Positions 43,779 through 51,797 of a stretch of DNA of 64,000 nucleotides are shown piece by piece. How positions within the stretch are numbered: the first letter of the stretch is position 1; every line of letters starts with the position of its first letter. The stretch spans positions 1-64,000 of the forward strand of contig CAVYSY010000054.1 of NCBI GenBank assembly GCA_963771175.1, written 5' to 3'. A program made the translations under genes and the position numbers. The notes beneath the pieces are model-generated. The model made no database searches. It saw nothing but the letters and a program-made list of their open reading frames with translations, and had not been told where the DNA came from. Origin of the DNA: an uncultured delta proteobacterium. GTDB taxonomy: Bacteria > Myxococcota > Myxococcia > Myxococcales > Myxococcaceae.

Positions 43779-45632
43779 ATGCGCGCGCCGCCCATCTCCG
43801 ACTATGCCCTGCTGTCCGACTGCAACTCGGCCGTGCTCGTGAGCCGTGCGGGCTCGGTGGACTGGTTCTGCTGCCCCCGCTTCGACTCGCCCGCCGTGTT
43901 CAGCCGGCTGCTGGACGCGGAGGCGGGGCACTGGGTGCTGCGCCCGGTGAGGGGCCGCTCGCACCGGCGCTACCTCGAACGCACGCTGGTGCTGGAGACG
44001 CTGCACCACACGCCCACGGGCATCGCGGTGCAGGTGGATGCGCTGGCGCTGGGGCGGGGCACGCGCGAGCACGGGCTGGGAGCGGACGTGCCCGGGGTGC
44101 TGCTGCGCCGGGTGGCGTGCGTCGAGGGCCAGGTGGAGTTCGAGACGGACTTCCGCCCCCGGCCCGAGTACGGGCTGGTGCACCCGATGCTGCGCGAGGT
44201 GGAGGGCGGAGTGTGGGCGCAGGGCGGCGCGTCCGTGCTGCTCCTGTCCTCGCCAATGCCCCTGGGATTCGGGGACTGTGAGGCCCACGGGCGCTTCACC
44301 TTGAAGGCGGGGGAGTCGGTGGGGTTCGCCCTGCAGCACCGCTCGTGGTGGCAGTCCCCGGTGCGGCCCTGGAGTCAGGAGGCCATCGACGTGGCGCTCG
44401 GGGACACGGTGGAGGCGTGGCGGAGCTGGTCGGACATGCACCAGCGCTATGAGGGCCCCTGGCGCGAGCTCGTCCACCACAGCGGCCGGGTGCTGCAGGC
44501 GCTCACCTTCTACCCGACGGGTGCCATCGTGGCCGCGCCCACCACGTCCCTGCCAGAGTCGGTGGGCGGCGAGCGCAACTGGGACTACCGCTACTCGTGG
44601 CTGCGTGACGCGAGCCTCACGCTGGAGGCCCTCTGGGTGGCGGCCTGCCCCGACGAGGCCTGGCGCTTCTTCAACTTCCTCTCCTCGACGGTGACGCAGC
44701 TGCAACGGGGGGAGGACGCGCGAATCATGTCTGGCATTGGCGGCGAGCACGACTTGAGCGAGCGCGTGCTGCCGCACCTGTCGGGCTGGAGGGGCAGTCG
44801 GCCCGTGCGGGTGGGGAACGCGGCGTGGACGCAGCGGCAGTTGGATGTCTATGGCGAGGTGCTCGCGGCGGCGCACCGGCTGAAGGAGCAGCTCGGAGGG
44901 CTCGACAGCGAGGGGCGGCGGTTCCTGGTGGCGCTGGCGGACTCGGCGGCGGACCGGTGGGGGGAGCCGGACCAGGGCATCTGGGAGATGCGGGACGCGC
45001 CCCAGCACCACCTCTACTCGAAGCTGATGTGCTGGGTGGCGGTGGACCGGGCGCTGGCGCTGAAGGACCTGCTCGTGGCGGATGCCGAGCGCGTGGCTCG
45101 CTGGGCGCGGGTGCGGCGTGAGCTCCGCTCGGCCATCCTGGAGCACGGGTGGAACGCTCGGGTGGGGGCCTTCACGCAGGCGTTCGACTCGGACGTGCTG
45201 GACGCGTCGGCGCTGATGCTGCCCATCGTCGGCTTCCTGCCGGCGAGGGACCCGCGGATGCTGGCCACGCTGGAGGCCATCTCCACGGACCTCACGGACG
45301 ACCGGGGGATGGTGTACCGCTACCGGAGCGCGGACGGGCTGTCAGGGGAGGAGGGTACCTTCTTCCTGTGCACCTTCTGGTTGGCGCACGCGTACGCGCT
45401 GGCGGGCGAGGTGGAGCGGGCGCGCGAGACGTTCACACGGACCGTGGAGTACGTGAACGACGTGGGGCTGCTGTCCGAGGAGGTGGAGCCGGAGAGCGGG
45501 GAGCTCCTGGGCAACTTCCCGCAGGCCTTCAGCCACATCGGCCTGGTGAACGCGGCGTGGGCCATCACCCAGGCGGAGGAGCGGAGGCGGAGCTCCGCGC
45601 CCGCGCACACCCCCGAGCCTCTCGGCGGCTGA
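43779..45632 (+). CDS. Glycoside hydrolase family 15 (trehalase/glucoamylase-like)
   Basis: [35 protein letters not shown] and GNFPQAFSH motifs. Confidence 0.93.
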   Translation: MRAPPISDYALLSDCNSAVLVSRAGSVDWFCCPRFDSPAVFSRLLDAEAGHWVLRPVRGRSHRRYLERTLVLETLHHTPTGIAVQVDALALGRGTREHGLGADVPGVLLRRVACVEGQVEFETDFRPRPEYGLVHPMLREVEGGVWAQGGASVLLLSSPMPLGFGDCEAHGRFTLKAGESVGFALQHRSWWQSPVRPWSQEAIDVALGDTVEAWRSWSDMHQRYEGPWRELVHHSGRVLQALTFYPTGAIVAAPTTSLPESVGGERNWDYRYSWLRDASLTLEALWVAACPDEAWRFFNFLSSTVTQLQRGEDARIMSGIGGEHDLSERVLPHLSGWRGSRPVRVGNAAWTQRQLDVYGEVLAAAHRLKEQLGGLDSEGRRFLVALADSAADRWGEPDQGIWEMRDAPQHHLYSKLMCWVAVDRALALKDLLVADAERVARWARVRRELRSAILEHGWNARVGAFTQAFDSDVLDASALMLPIVGFLPARDPRMLATLEAISTDLTDDRGMVYRYRSADGLSGEEGTFFLCTFWLAHAYALAGEVERARETFTRTVEYVNDVGLLSEEVEPESGELLGNFPQAFSHIGLVNAAWAITQAEERRRSSAPAHTPEPLGG

Positions 45633-45971
45633 AACCTGCCGTCATGTCTTCAAAAGTGAATTGTCATTGGGCTGTAATCAAAGACAATTCGTAAAGGCAA
45701 GAATAAGCAATTCGGGCGGCTTGGGCGTGCTTGACAGGGAGTGTTTGGAGATTCTAGTTTTCAGGAGTTCCCGCGAGAGGAAGAGTTGCATGGTGGGTTG
45801 CAGCTCGCGGTAGGACTTCTGGAAATCACTCAAGCGGAACGCCACCGGCGGTGCCTCGGTGGGGCCAGCTTGTCTCTCGCGTGTTTCACGTGCTCCGCGA
45901 GGAGCACATCTGATGAGCCGGGACACCCACCCGGAGTTCAGTGCTTCAACGTAAGCCTCGGGAGACGTTGA

Positions 45972-46916
45972 ATGGCTGCTTTGATCTGGTCTCTGCCTGT
46001 CACCCAGCACCACACGCACGTCCGGCGCGTGCAGTCTTCTCCACCCGCGATTTCGAGGCTGGAGGCGACCGGTACCAACCGGGAGGTCGTTGCCAGCTAT
46101 TACGACTGGAAGACGGCCTCCATCCTCAAGAAGTACGGGCCGGGTCCGCGCGTCCATTTCCACCTCGGCTACTTCGAGGAGCCGCTGGACACCGCGGTGG
46201 AGGCGGACGAACTGCGCGAGCGCGTCCGCCGGGCGCAGGAGGAGGTGGTCGCGCGCGCGGCCCGCGCGTGGGATGCGCCGCGCGAGTTCGCGGGTCGACT
46301 CCTGGACGTCGGCTGCGGCCTGGGGGGCGGCGCCATCTACTGGGCGCAGCACTGCCCCACGGAGGTGACGGCGGTGACCATCGCGCGGGAGCACCTCCCG
46401 CTCATCTCCAACTTCGCCCGGCAGGCGGGGGTGGGGAAGCGCGTCCAGCCGGTGCTGTCCGACGCGTGCGAGGTCCAGTCGGAAGAGCCCTTCGACGCCG
46501 TGGTGGCGATGGAGAGCTCGTGCTACTTCCCGCGCGATCGCTGGTTCCAGCACCTGCGCGGCCTGGTGCGTCCCGGGGGCGTCGTGTGCATCGAGGACAC
46601 CTTCCTGGGCAGCCCGGACTGCCGCGAGCCCTTCGACCAGTACTGGCACACGCACATCGAAACGGTCGCCGAGTACGTGCGCTGTGCGCGCGCGGCGGGC
46701 TTCGAGCTCGAGAACAACGTCGACCTGACGGAGGGGACGACGGACTTCTGGCGCCATAGCATCGAGTGGAGCCGGCGCACCCTGGCGGCCGGGGACGTGG
46801 AGCCCGGCGAGGCCGAGCGCCTGAAGAAGTCCATCCTCTGGCACGGGTACTTCCACGAGGCGTGGTTGCGGCGGGGCATCGAGGTCTGGCTGTTGAAGTT
46901 CCGGCGCGTCAGCTAG
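45972..46916 (+). CDS. Class I SAM-dependent methyltransferase (prenyl/terpenoid/sterol methyltransferase-like)
   Basis: YYD...HFHLGY, LLDVGCGLGG, MESSCY and VRPGG motifs; immediately upstream of a terpene synthase. Confidence 0.88.
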   Translation: MAALIWSLPVTQHHTHVRRVQSSPPAISRLEATGTNREVVASYYDWKTASILKKYGPGPRVHFHLGYFEEPLDTAVEADELRERVRRAQEEVVARAARAWDAPREFAGRLLDVGCGLGGGAIYWAQHCPTEVTAVTIAREHLPLISNFARQAGVGKRVQPVLSDACEVQSEEPFDAVVAMESSCYFPRDRWFQHLRGLVRPGGVVCIEDTFLGSPDCREPFDQYWHTHIETVAEYVRCARAAGFELENNVDLTEGTTDFWRHSIEWSRRTLAAGDVEPGEAERLKKSILWHGYFHEAWLRRGIEVWLLKFRRVS

Positions 46917-46968
46917 CGTCAGGTAGTCGGTAGTCAGGTAGTGGGGGGGTTCCTTGGGTGCACGCGAG

Positions 46969-47844
46969 ATGAGCAGGGTCCGCAATCAACAGGTTCTCGA
47001 GGCCACGCTGGAATGGGGGCGCGAGCTCCCCGGCTTCGTCCCCGCGCATGCGCTCCATGGGGTGGTGCTCACCGAGGCGTTCGCGGGTGGTGTCCAGGGC
47101 GCGGAGGGCGAGTGGATCGCCGGGCTCGGCGAGGACGAGCCGGCCCTGCTGCTGGCGGCCATGGACCTGGCCTGCATCCTGTGGGTCGACGACTGGTTCG
47201 ACACGAGGGAGCACACCGGGCGGGAGGCGGAGCCGGGAGAGTCGCTCGTGAAGGTCCTCCTGGGCGGGTCGGCGACCACTCCCGAGGCGAGAGGTCTCGC
47301 GCTGCTGCGCGACAGGTTCCGTGCCGCGGCGCGAGGCCCGGATGACAATCGCCTGTGGGCCGAGACGCTCATCGACGTCGTGCGCGCCTCGCAGGAGGAC
47401 TGGCGCGTCTCGCGCGGGGAGCGCTCGCGCACCTGGGGCGAGTACCTGCGCAATGGTGAGCACAACATCGCCGCCGCCCACCTGGCCTTCACCTTGTCGC
47501 TCGCGTACGACCTCGGGCTCTCGTCGAGGGCCTCGGAGCCCCGGTTCCGCCGCGCGCTGAGCCACCTGTGCCTCGCCATGCGGCTGCGCAACGACCTGGC
47601 CAGCGCGGAGAAGGAGCGCCGGGAGGGCAACCTCGCCAACGGGCTCTTCATCATGGAGCGCTACCTGCCTCCCGCGCAGGCCTTCGCCTTCGTCGACGCG
47701 GAGCGGCTCGGCTACGAGCGGATGCTGGCCCGGGATGTCGAGGCACTCGGGCCCTACCACCCCTTCCCGCGAATCGCGCGGGTGATGATCGCCGCTGTGG
47801 AGCGCTTCTACCAGGTGCCCGATTCCCGCTACGCCGGCACCTGA
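46969..47844 (+). CDS. Class I terpene synthase, ent-kaurene-synthase-like (probable diterpene synthase)
   Basis: DDxxD (WVDDWFD), NSE/DTE motif (RLRNDLASAEKE) and C-terminal RY; about 290 aa. Confidence 0.88.
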   Translation: MSRVRNQQVLEATLEWGRELPGFVPAHALHGVVLTEAFAGGVQGAEGEWIAGLGEDEPALLLAAMDLACILWVDDWFDTREHTGREAEPGESLVKVLLGGSATTPEARGLALLRDRFRAAARGPDDNRLWAETLIDVVRASQEDWRVSRGERSRTWGEYLRNGEHNIAAAHLAFTLSLAYDLGLSSRASEPRFRRALSHLCLAMRLRNDLASAEKERREGNLANGLFIMERYLPPAQAFAFVDAERLGYERMLARDVEALGPYHPFPRIARVMIAAVERFYQVPDSRYAGT

Positions 47845-47978
47845 TGCACCAGGGGTGATGAAGTCATCCCCTCACGCCTTCCGAGAAAAAGCGCATTCCA
47901 TGGAAGTGTCGTTTTCATGACGGTATCGGTATAGACTGGAAGGTACCCACCCGAAGTCCCTCGAAGAGGGGAATCTCC

Positions 47979-48227
47979 ATGTCCAAGCTCGTTGCGTTCA
48001 TCGTCGCCGCCATCGCGGCCGCTGGCGTTCTCGTTCCGGTCGTTGCGTATGCCTACGGCGTGAAGACCGGTCCCTGCTCGGTCTCCGTGACCTGCATCGG
48101 TGGCCAGGTTGTCTCGTGCAGCGGCGCGCAGGTTTGTTATTGGAAGGTCGATGGCTCCACGAGCCGCGGCTTCGTGGAGTGTGACAGCTACGGCCGCGAA
48201 TACTGCGGCGCCATCGTGGCCGATTGA
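47979..48227 (+). CDS. Small secreted cysteine-rich peptide (6 Cys)
   Basis: GAGGGG RBS; signal peptide ending AYA; mature part about 57 aa with six cysteines. Confidence 0.75.
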   Translation: MSKLVAFIVAAIAAAGVLVPVVAYAYGVKTGPCSVSVTCIGGQVVSCSGAQVCYWKVDGSTSRGFVECDSYGREYCGAIVAD

Positions 48228-48387
48228 CGGTCGCACCTCGGTGGGCCCTCCTCTCCAGGTGAGGAGGGTCCCCCATCTGCTCGCTCCTGGATATCTCGCC
48301 CGACCCACTGGGGAGGGGCGTCAGGTGGGCGTGTCATAATCCAGGGGACTCACTGGCCCTCGGGCCGGTTCCCCCGGTGCGCCCCTC

Positions 48388-49110
48388 ATGTCCCGCTTCC
48401 GTCTCTCGCAGAGCGATGCCGTCGAGTGGCTCCGCGCCCTGCCGTCCGCATCGGTGGACCTCGTCATCACCGACCCCGCCTACGAATCGCTCGAGAAGCA
48501 CCGCGCCATCGGCACCACGACGCGCCTCAAGCACAGCAAGGCGTCGAGCAACCACTGGTTTCAAATCTTCCCCAACGCGCGCTTCCCCGAGCTGTTCTCG
48601 GAAATCTGGCGGGTGCTGAAGCGGGACGCGCACTTCTACCTGTTCTGCGATCCCGAGACGATGTTCGTCGCGAAGCCGCTCGCGGAGGCGGCGGGCTTCC
48701 GGTTCTGGAAGCCCCTCGTCTGGGACAAGCAGCACATCGGCATGGGCTACCACTACCGCTCCCGCTACGAGTTCATCCTCTTCTTCGAGAAGGGCCGGCG
48801 GCGGTTGAGCGACCTGGGCGTGGCGGACGTGCTCCCGGTGCCACGCGTGTACCGGGGCTATCCGGCGGAGAAGCCCACGGGGCTGAGCGAGGTGCTCATC
48901 CGGCAGAGCAGCGAGCCCGGCGACGTGGTGGTGGACCCATTCCTGGGCTCGGGCTCGGTGGGCGTGGCGGCGGTGCGGCTCGGGCGGGACTTCCGGGGCA
49001 CCGACATCTGTGACGAGGCGCTGGCGGTCTCCGAGGCGCGGCTGCGCGCCGAGGGCGCGGTGCCGGAGGAGGCGGAGGAGACGCGAGTGCGCATGGCCCG
49101 GAGCGGGTGA
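48388..49110 (+). CDS. N4-cytosine/N6-adenine DNA methyltransferase (beta-class motif order)
   Basis: VDLVITDPAY catalytic motif precedes YPAEKP and DPFLGSGS SAM motif. Confidence 0.9.
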   Translation: MSRFRLSQSDAVEWLRALPSASVDLVITDPAYESLEKHRAIGTTTRLKHSKASSNHWFQIFPNARFPELFSEIWRVLKRDAHFYLFCDPETMFVAKPLAEAAGFRFWKPLVWDKQHIGMGYHYRSRYEFILFFEKGRRRLSDLGVADVLPVPRVYRGYPAEKPTGLSEVLIRQSSEPGDVVVDPFLGSGSVGVAAVRLGRDFRGTDICDEALAVSEARLRAEGAVPEEAEETRVRMARSG

Positions 49111-49598
49111 GGGGGAACGAGAGCCGGACGCAGGAGGCGCGGATGACTGGACACGAATACGCGGAGCTGGTGGCCAGATACATCGTGAAGAACTTCGCCT
49201 CGCGCGGGGTGAAGGTGTACCGCGAGGTGAACGTCGGCAAGACGCTCACCGGGAAGGGGCGGCGCGTCGACGTCTTCGTGCTCGAGCCCACCACGGGCAC
49301 GGCGCTCGCCATCGAGTGCAAGTACCAGGGAAGCGTCGGCACCGTGGACGAGAAGATTCCCTTCGCCCTGCAGGACCTGGAGAGCATGCGGATTCCGGTG
49401 TGCGTCGCCTACGCCGGAGACGGCTTCTCCCAGGGCATCCTCCACATCCTCTCCGCGTCGCCCATCGCCACCTACTGCCTGCCTGGGGCGAAGACGCTCG
49501 CGCCCTCCCAGGAGACTCGCGAGCTGGACTGCCTCCTGGCCATGACCTTCAAGTGGTGGGACGTGCTCGTGCGCGGCAAGAAGCGTGTAGCGCTGTGA
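49107..49598 (+). CDS. PD-(D/E)XK nuclease superfamily protein
   Basis: E...RRVDVF...IECKYQ motif; GTGA overlap with the methyltransferase stop (alternative ATG at 49143). Confidence 0.82.
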   Translation: MRGNESRTQEARMTGHEYAELVARYIVKNFASRGVKVYREVNVGKTLTGKGRRVDVFVLEPTTGTALAIECKYQGSVGTVDEKIPFALQDLESMRIPVCVAYAGDGFSQGILHILSASPIATYCLPGAKTLAPSQETRELDCLLAMTFKWWDVLVRGKKRVAL

Positions 49599-49622
49599 AC
49601 CCGGGCGAGGCCTTACCGCATG

Positions 49623-50456
49623 TCACGGCTGGGAGAAGCCCCGCGCTGGCATCGCGGGAGAGCGGTGCAGCCAGTTGTCCTCGGGGTAGCGGGCGGTGCC
49701 GTCGATGAGGTGGACCGCGTAGGCGTGGCGGCTCTTGGGTGAGGTATTGGCGCCGCTCTTGTGGGGCAGCAACCCGTGGAGCACGACCAGGGAGCCCTTC
49801 TTCACCTCCAACGGCACCATGCCCTCCTCGGGCAGGGGCGTGGGGTCCAGCACCTGGAACGCCGTGCCGCCTCCCGGGGCGCGGACGAAGCGCTTCTTCA
49901 GGCCCAGCGTGTGCCCGCCGGGCAGCGCCCACAGGCACCCGTTCTCCAGCGTCGCGTCCTCCAGGGCGAACCAGAAGCCCATGCAGGTCGGCGGCTCCGT
50001 GTACAGGAACGTCGAGTCCTGGTGGCTGTTGACCTCGCCGCCGATGAAGGGCTGCTTGAAGATGTACATCGACTGGATCAGCAGCGGCTGCTTCATGCCC
50101 AGCTCCGCGGCCAGGGCCGCCAGCTCGGGCGTGCGGGAGAACCGGTCGAAGACGGGGTCCAGGTCGTGCAGCGCGTGGCCGATCTTGTTGATCGACAGCG
50201 CCTTGTCCTGGCGCAGCGAGCCGTCCGGCTTGAAGGCGTTCTCCTCGAAGAAGAACCGGAGCTGATCCCCCGAGGACAGGAAGTACTCGTCCGAGGTCCG
50301 GGTCTGCTCGTGCGTGGTGAAGATGGAGACCGTCTCCGGCTGGAAGTCGGCCACCAGCTCCTCGGCCCGGGCCTTCAACGCATCGCAGGAGGCCGCCGGG
50401 ACGAACCCGGGCAGTACGAGGAACCCCTGTCGCGAGAACTCTTCGGCACGATTCAT
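49623..50456 (-). CDS. Phytanoyl-CoA dioxygenase (PhyH) family Fe(II)/2OG dioxygenase
   Basis: QSMYIFKQP, HQD, NGCLW and H.S..N.S..SR motifs; alternative start at 50468. Confidence 0.92.
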   Translation of the reverse strand: MNRAEEFSRQGFLVLPGFVPAASCDALKARAEELVADFQPETVSIFTTHEQTRTSDEYFLSSGDQLRFFFEENAFKPDGSLRQDKALSINKIGHALHDLDPVFDRFSRTPELAALAAELGMKQPLLIQSMYIFKQPFIGGEVNSHQDSTFLYTEPPTCMGFWFALEDATLENGCLWALPGGHTLGLKKRFVRAPGGGTAFQVLDPTPLPEEGMVPLEVKKGSLVVLHGLLPHKSGANTSPKSRHAYAVHLIDGTARYPEDNWLHRSPAMPARGFSQP

Positions 50457-50517
50457 GTCCGCTCCCATGCGCGGCTGCGACCGGCAGCCTATTCGAGCGG
50501 GCGGGGACTGCGAAGAG

Positions 50518-50588
50518 CGCTCCTGCTGGGAATCGAACCCAGTTCACACGGTAGACGGCCGTGCTGCGATCCAATCGCATCCAGGAGC
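50518..50588 (-). tRNA. Non-canonical tRNA-Asp(GTC)-like RNA
   Basis: Minus strand GCTCCTG GA TGCG ATTGGAT CGCA G CACGG CCGTCTA CCGTG TGAA CTGGG TTCGATT CCCAG CAGGAGC G. All four stems pair perfectly and G73 is present, but it has G8, C33, T37 and no encoded CCA. Confidence 0.75.
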
Positions 50589-50600
50589 TTGTGCTGCGAG

Positions 50601-50673
50601 TACCCCGTACGGGAGTCGAACCCGTCTTTCCGCGGTGAGAGTGCGGTGTCCTTCGCCGATAGACGAACGGGGC
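50601..50673 (-). tRNA. tRNA-Glu(CTC), no encoded CCA
   Basis: Minus strand GCCCCGT TC GTCT ATCGGCGAAGGAC A CCGCA CTCTCAC CGCGG AAAG ACGGG TTCGACT CCCGT ACGGGGT A; cloverleaf with one A.C mismatch at 31-39. Confidence 0.85.
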
Positions 50674-50690
50674 AGGAAGTCGGGACCCGG

Positions 50691-50733
50691 AAAAGCAAGA
50701 GGCCGGGTCCCTTCTTGGGAGCCCGGCCTCTGA
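50691..50733 (-). terminator. Intrinsic terminator/attenuator hairpin upstream of the tRNAs
   Basis: Minus strand AGAGGCCGGG(C)TCCC-AAGAA-GGGACCCGGCCTCT followed by TGCTTTT. Confidence 0.8.
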
Positions 50734-50770
50734 GTCCCGTGCCTCGTCATGGGACGAGGACGCGGAAGGT

Positions 50771-50920
50771 TCAGAATCCGGGCGGTTGGCCGCCAGTCAG
50801 CTCGAGGCCGAGCAGGAGGTCCAGAGCGGTATCCAGGCCGGTACGCGAGAGCGCGTCGATGCCAGTATCAGTGTCGTTCAGGGACTCGAGGTTCATCGGG
50901 CTCTGCTTCGTCACCGTCAT
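50771..50920 (-). CDS. 49-aa putative leader (attenuator) peptide MTVTKQSPMNLESLNDTDTGIDALSRTGLDTALDLLLGLELTGGQPPGF
   Basis: Strong RBS GAAAGGAG 8 nt before the ATG; ends 37 nt before the terminator; its last codons are complementary to the terminator 5' arm. Confidence 0.72.
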   Translation of the reverse strand: MTVTKQSPMNLESLNDTDTGIDALSRTGLDTALDLLLGLELTGGQPPGF

Positions 50921-51027
50921 GGTCACCGCTCCTTTCATCGAGAAAAGACGTGGCTGGAATCCATTCCTGACAACGCACCGCGCGGCTCGACAAGTGCCCG
51001 GCGCGTGAGCGCCAAGGATGCGTGAGG

Positions 51028-51645
51028 CTAACCGAGGTCTTTCTGTCGGACCCCGAGCCCCGCGGCGATGCCCGGCACGGCAAGGCGTCGGAAGAGCTCG
51101 TCCACCTCCGCGGGGGGTCGTGGGTTGGGGCTATCCAGCCACCAGATGAGGAGGCCGAGGAACGCGCCCACCACGAAGTGGACCACGCCCTCGAAGGCGC
51201 CACCCGGTGCCCTGCTGTCCGGTGGGGCGAGCGAGGCGAGATCGTCCCGTGTGAGCTGGGTGACCAGCCGGCGCATCTTGTTCTGCAGCGCCGCACCGCT
51301 CTCCCGGCCCACCATGGCCTGGTAGAGGTGGCGATGCGAGTGGGCATGCTCGAAGAGGGCCAGTCCGAAGTCGAGCCGGCCTGAGTCCGTCCCCTTGCGT
51401 CCTCCGCGCGCCGCTCGCCGCTGCGCGACAATGGCGCTCTTGAGCTCGTCGAAGCCGCTTACCAGCAGCTCCTCCTTGTCGGAGAAGTGGGCGTAGAAGG
51501 TGGACCGCCCCACGTTGGCCCGGTCGGTGATGTCCTGCACCGTCACCGCCTCGTAGCCCTTCTCCAGGATGAGCTCCACGAGCGCATGCCTCAGGAGCTG
51601 CCGCGTCCGTTGGACTCGTCGATCCTCGCGCTTCTCCTCCGCCAT
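51028..51645 (-). CDS. TetR/AcrR family transcriptional regulator
   Basis: DRRVQRTRQLL...VTVQDITDRANVGRSTFYAHF. Confidence 0.95.
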   Translation of the reverse strand: MAEEKREDRRVQRTRQLLRHALVELILEKGYEAVTVQDITDRANVGRSTFYAHFSDKEELLVSGFDELKSAIVAQRRAARGGRKGTDSGRLDFGLALFEHAHSHRHLYQAMVGRESGAALQNKMRRLVTQLTRDDLASLAPPDSRAPGGAFEGVVHFVVGAFLGLLIWWLDSPNPRPPAEVDELFRRLAVPGIAAGLGVRQKDLG

Positions 51646-51761
51646 CGAGCACCTCGCAATCCGGAACAAATCCCCCTGCGTGTCCCGAAACACACAGGCT
51701 CCGCGGGGCCGTTCATTGTGAAGACCGGCCGCGGCTCGCATTCTGAACAAAGAAGCCATTA

Positions 51762-51778
51762 CTGGACAAGGTGTCCAG
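51762..51778. promoter_or_regulatory. Probable TetR operator
   Basis: Perfect palindrome CTGGACA-N3-TGTCCAG between divergent tetR and ABC genes. Confidence 0.6.
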
Positions 51779-51797
51779 CATTCAGGGAGAGCCGCGA

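Noticed and set aside
46918..46942. Short tandem repeat GTCAGGTA-GTCGGTA-GTCAGGTA between the methyltransferase and terpene synthase
   Set aside because: Only three imperfect copies; no support for a function.
50518..50673. tRNAs as a prophage/ICE attachment site
   Set aside because: No integrase and no duplicated tRNA 3' end seen in the window.
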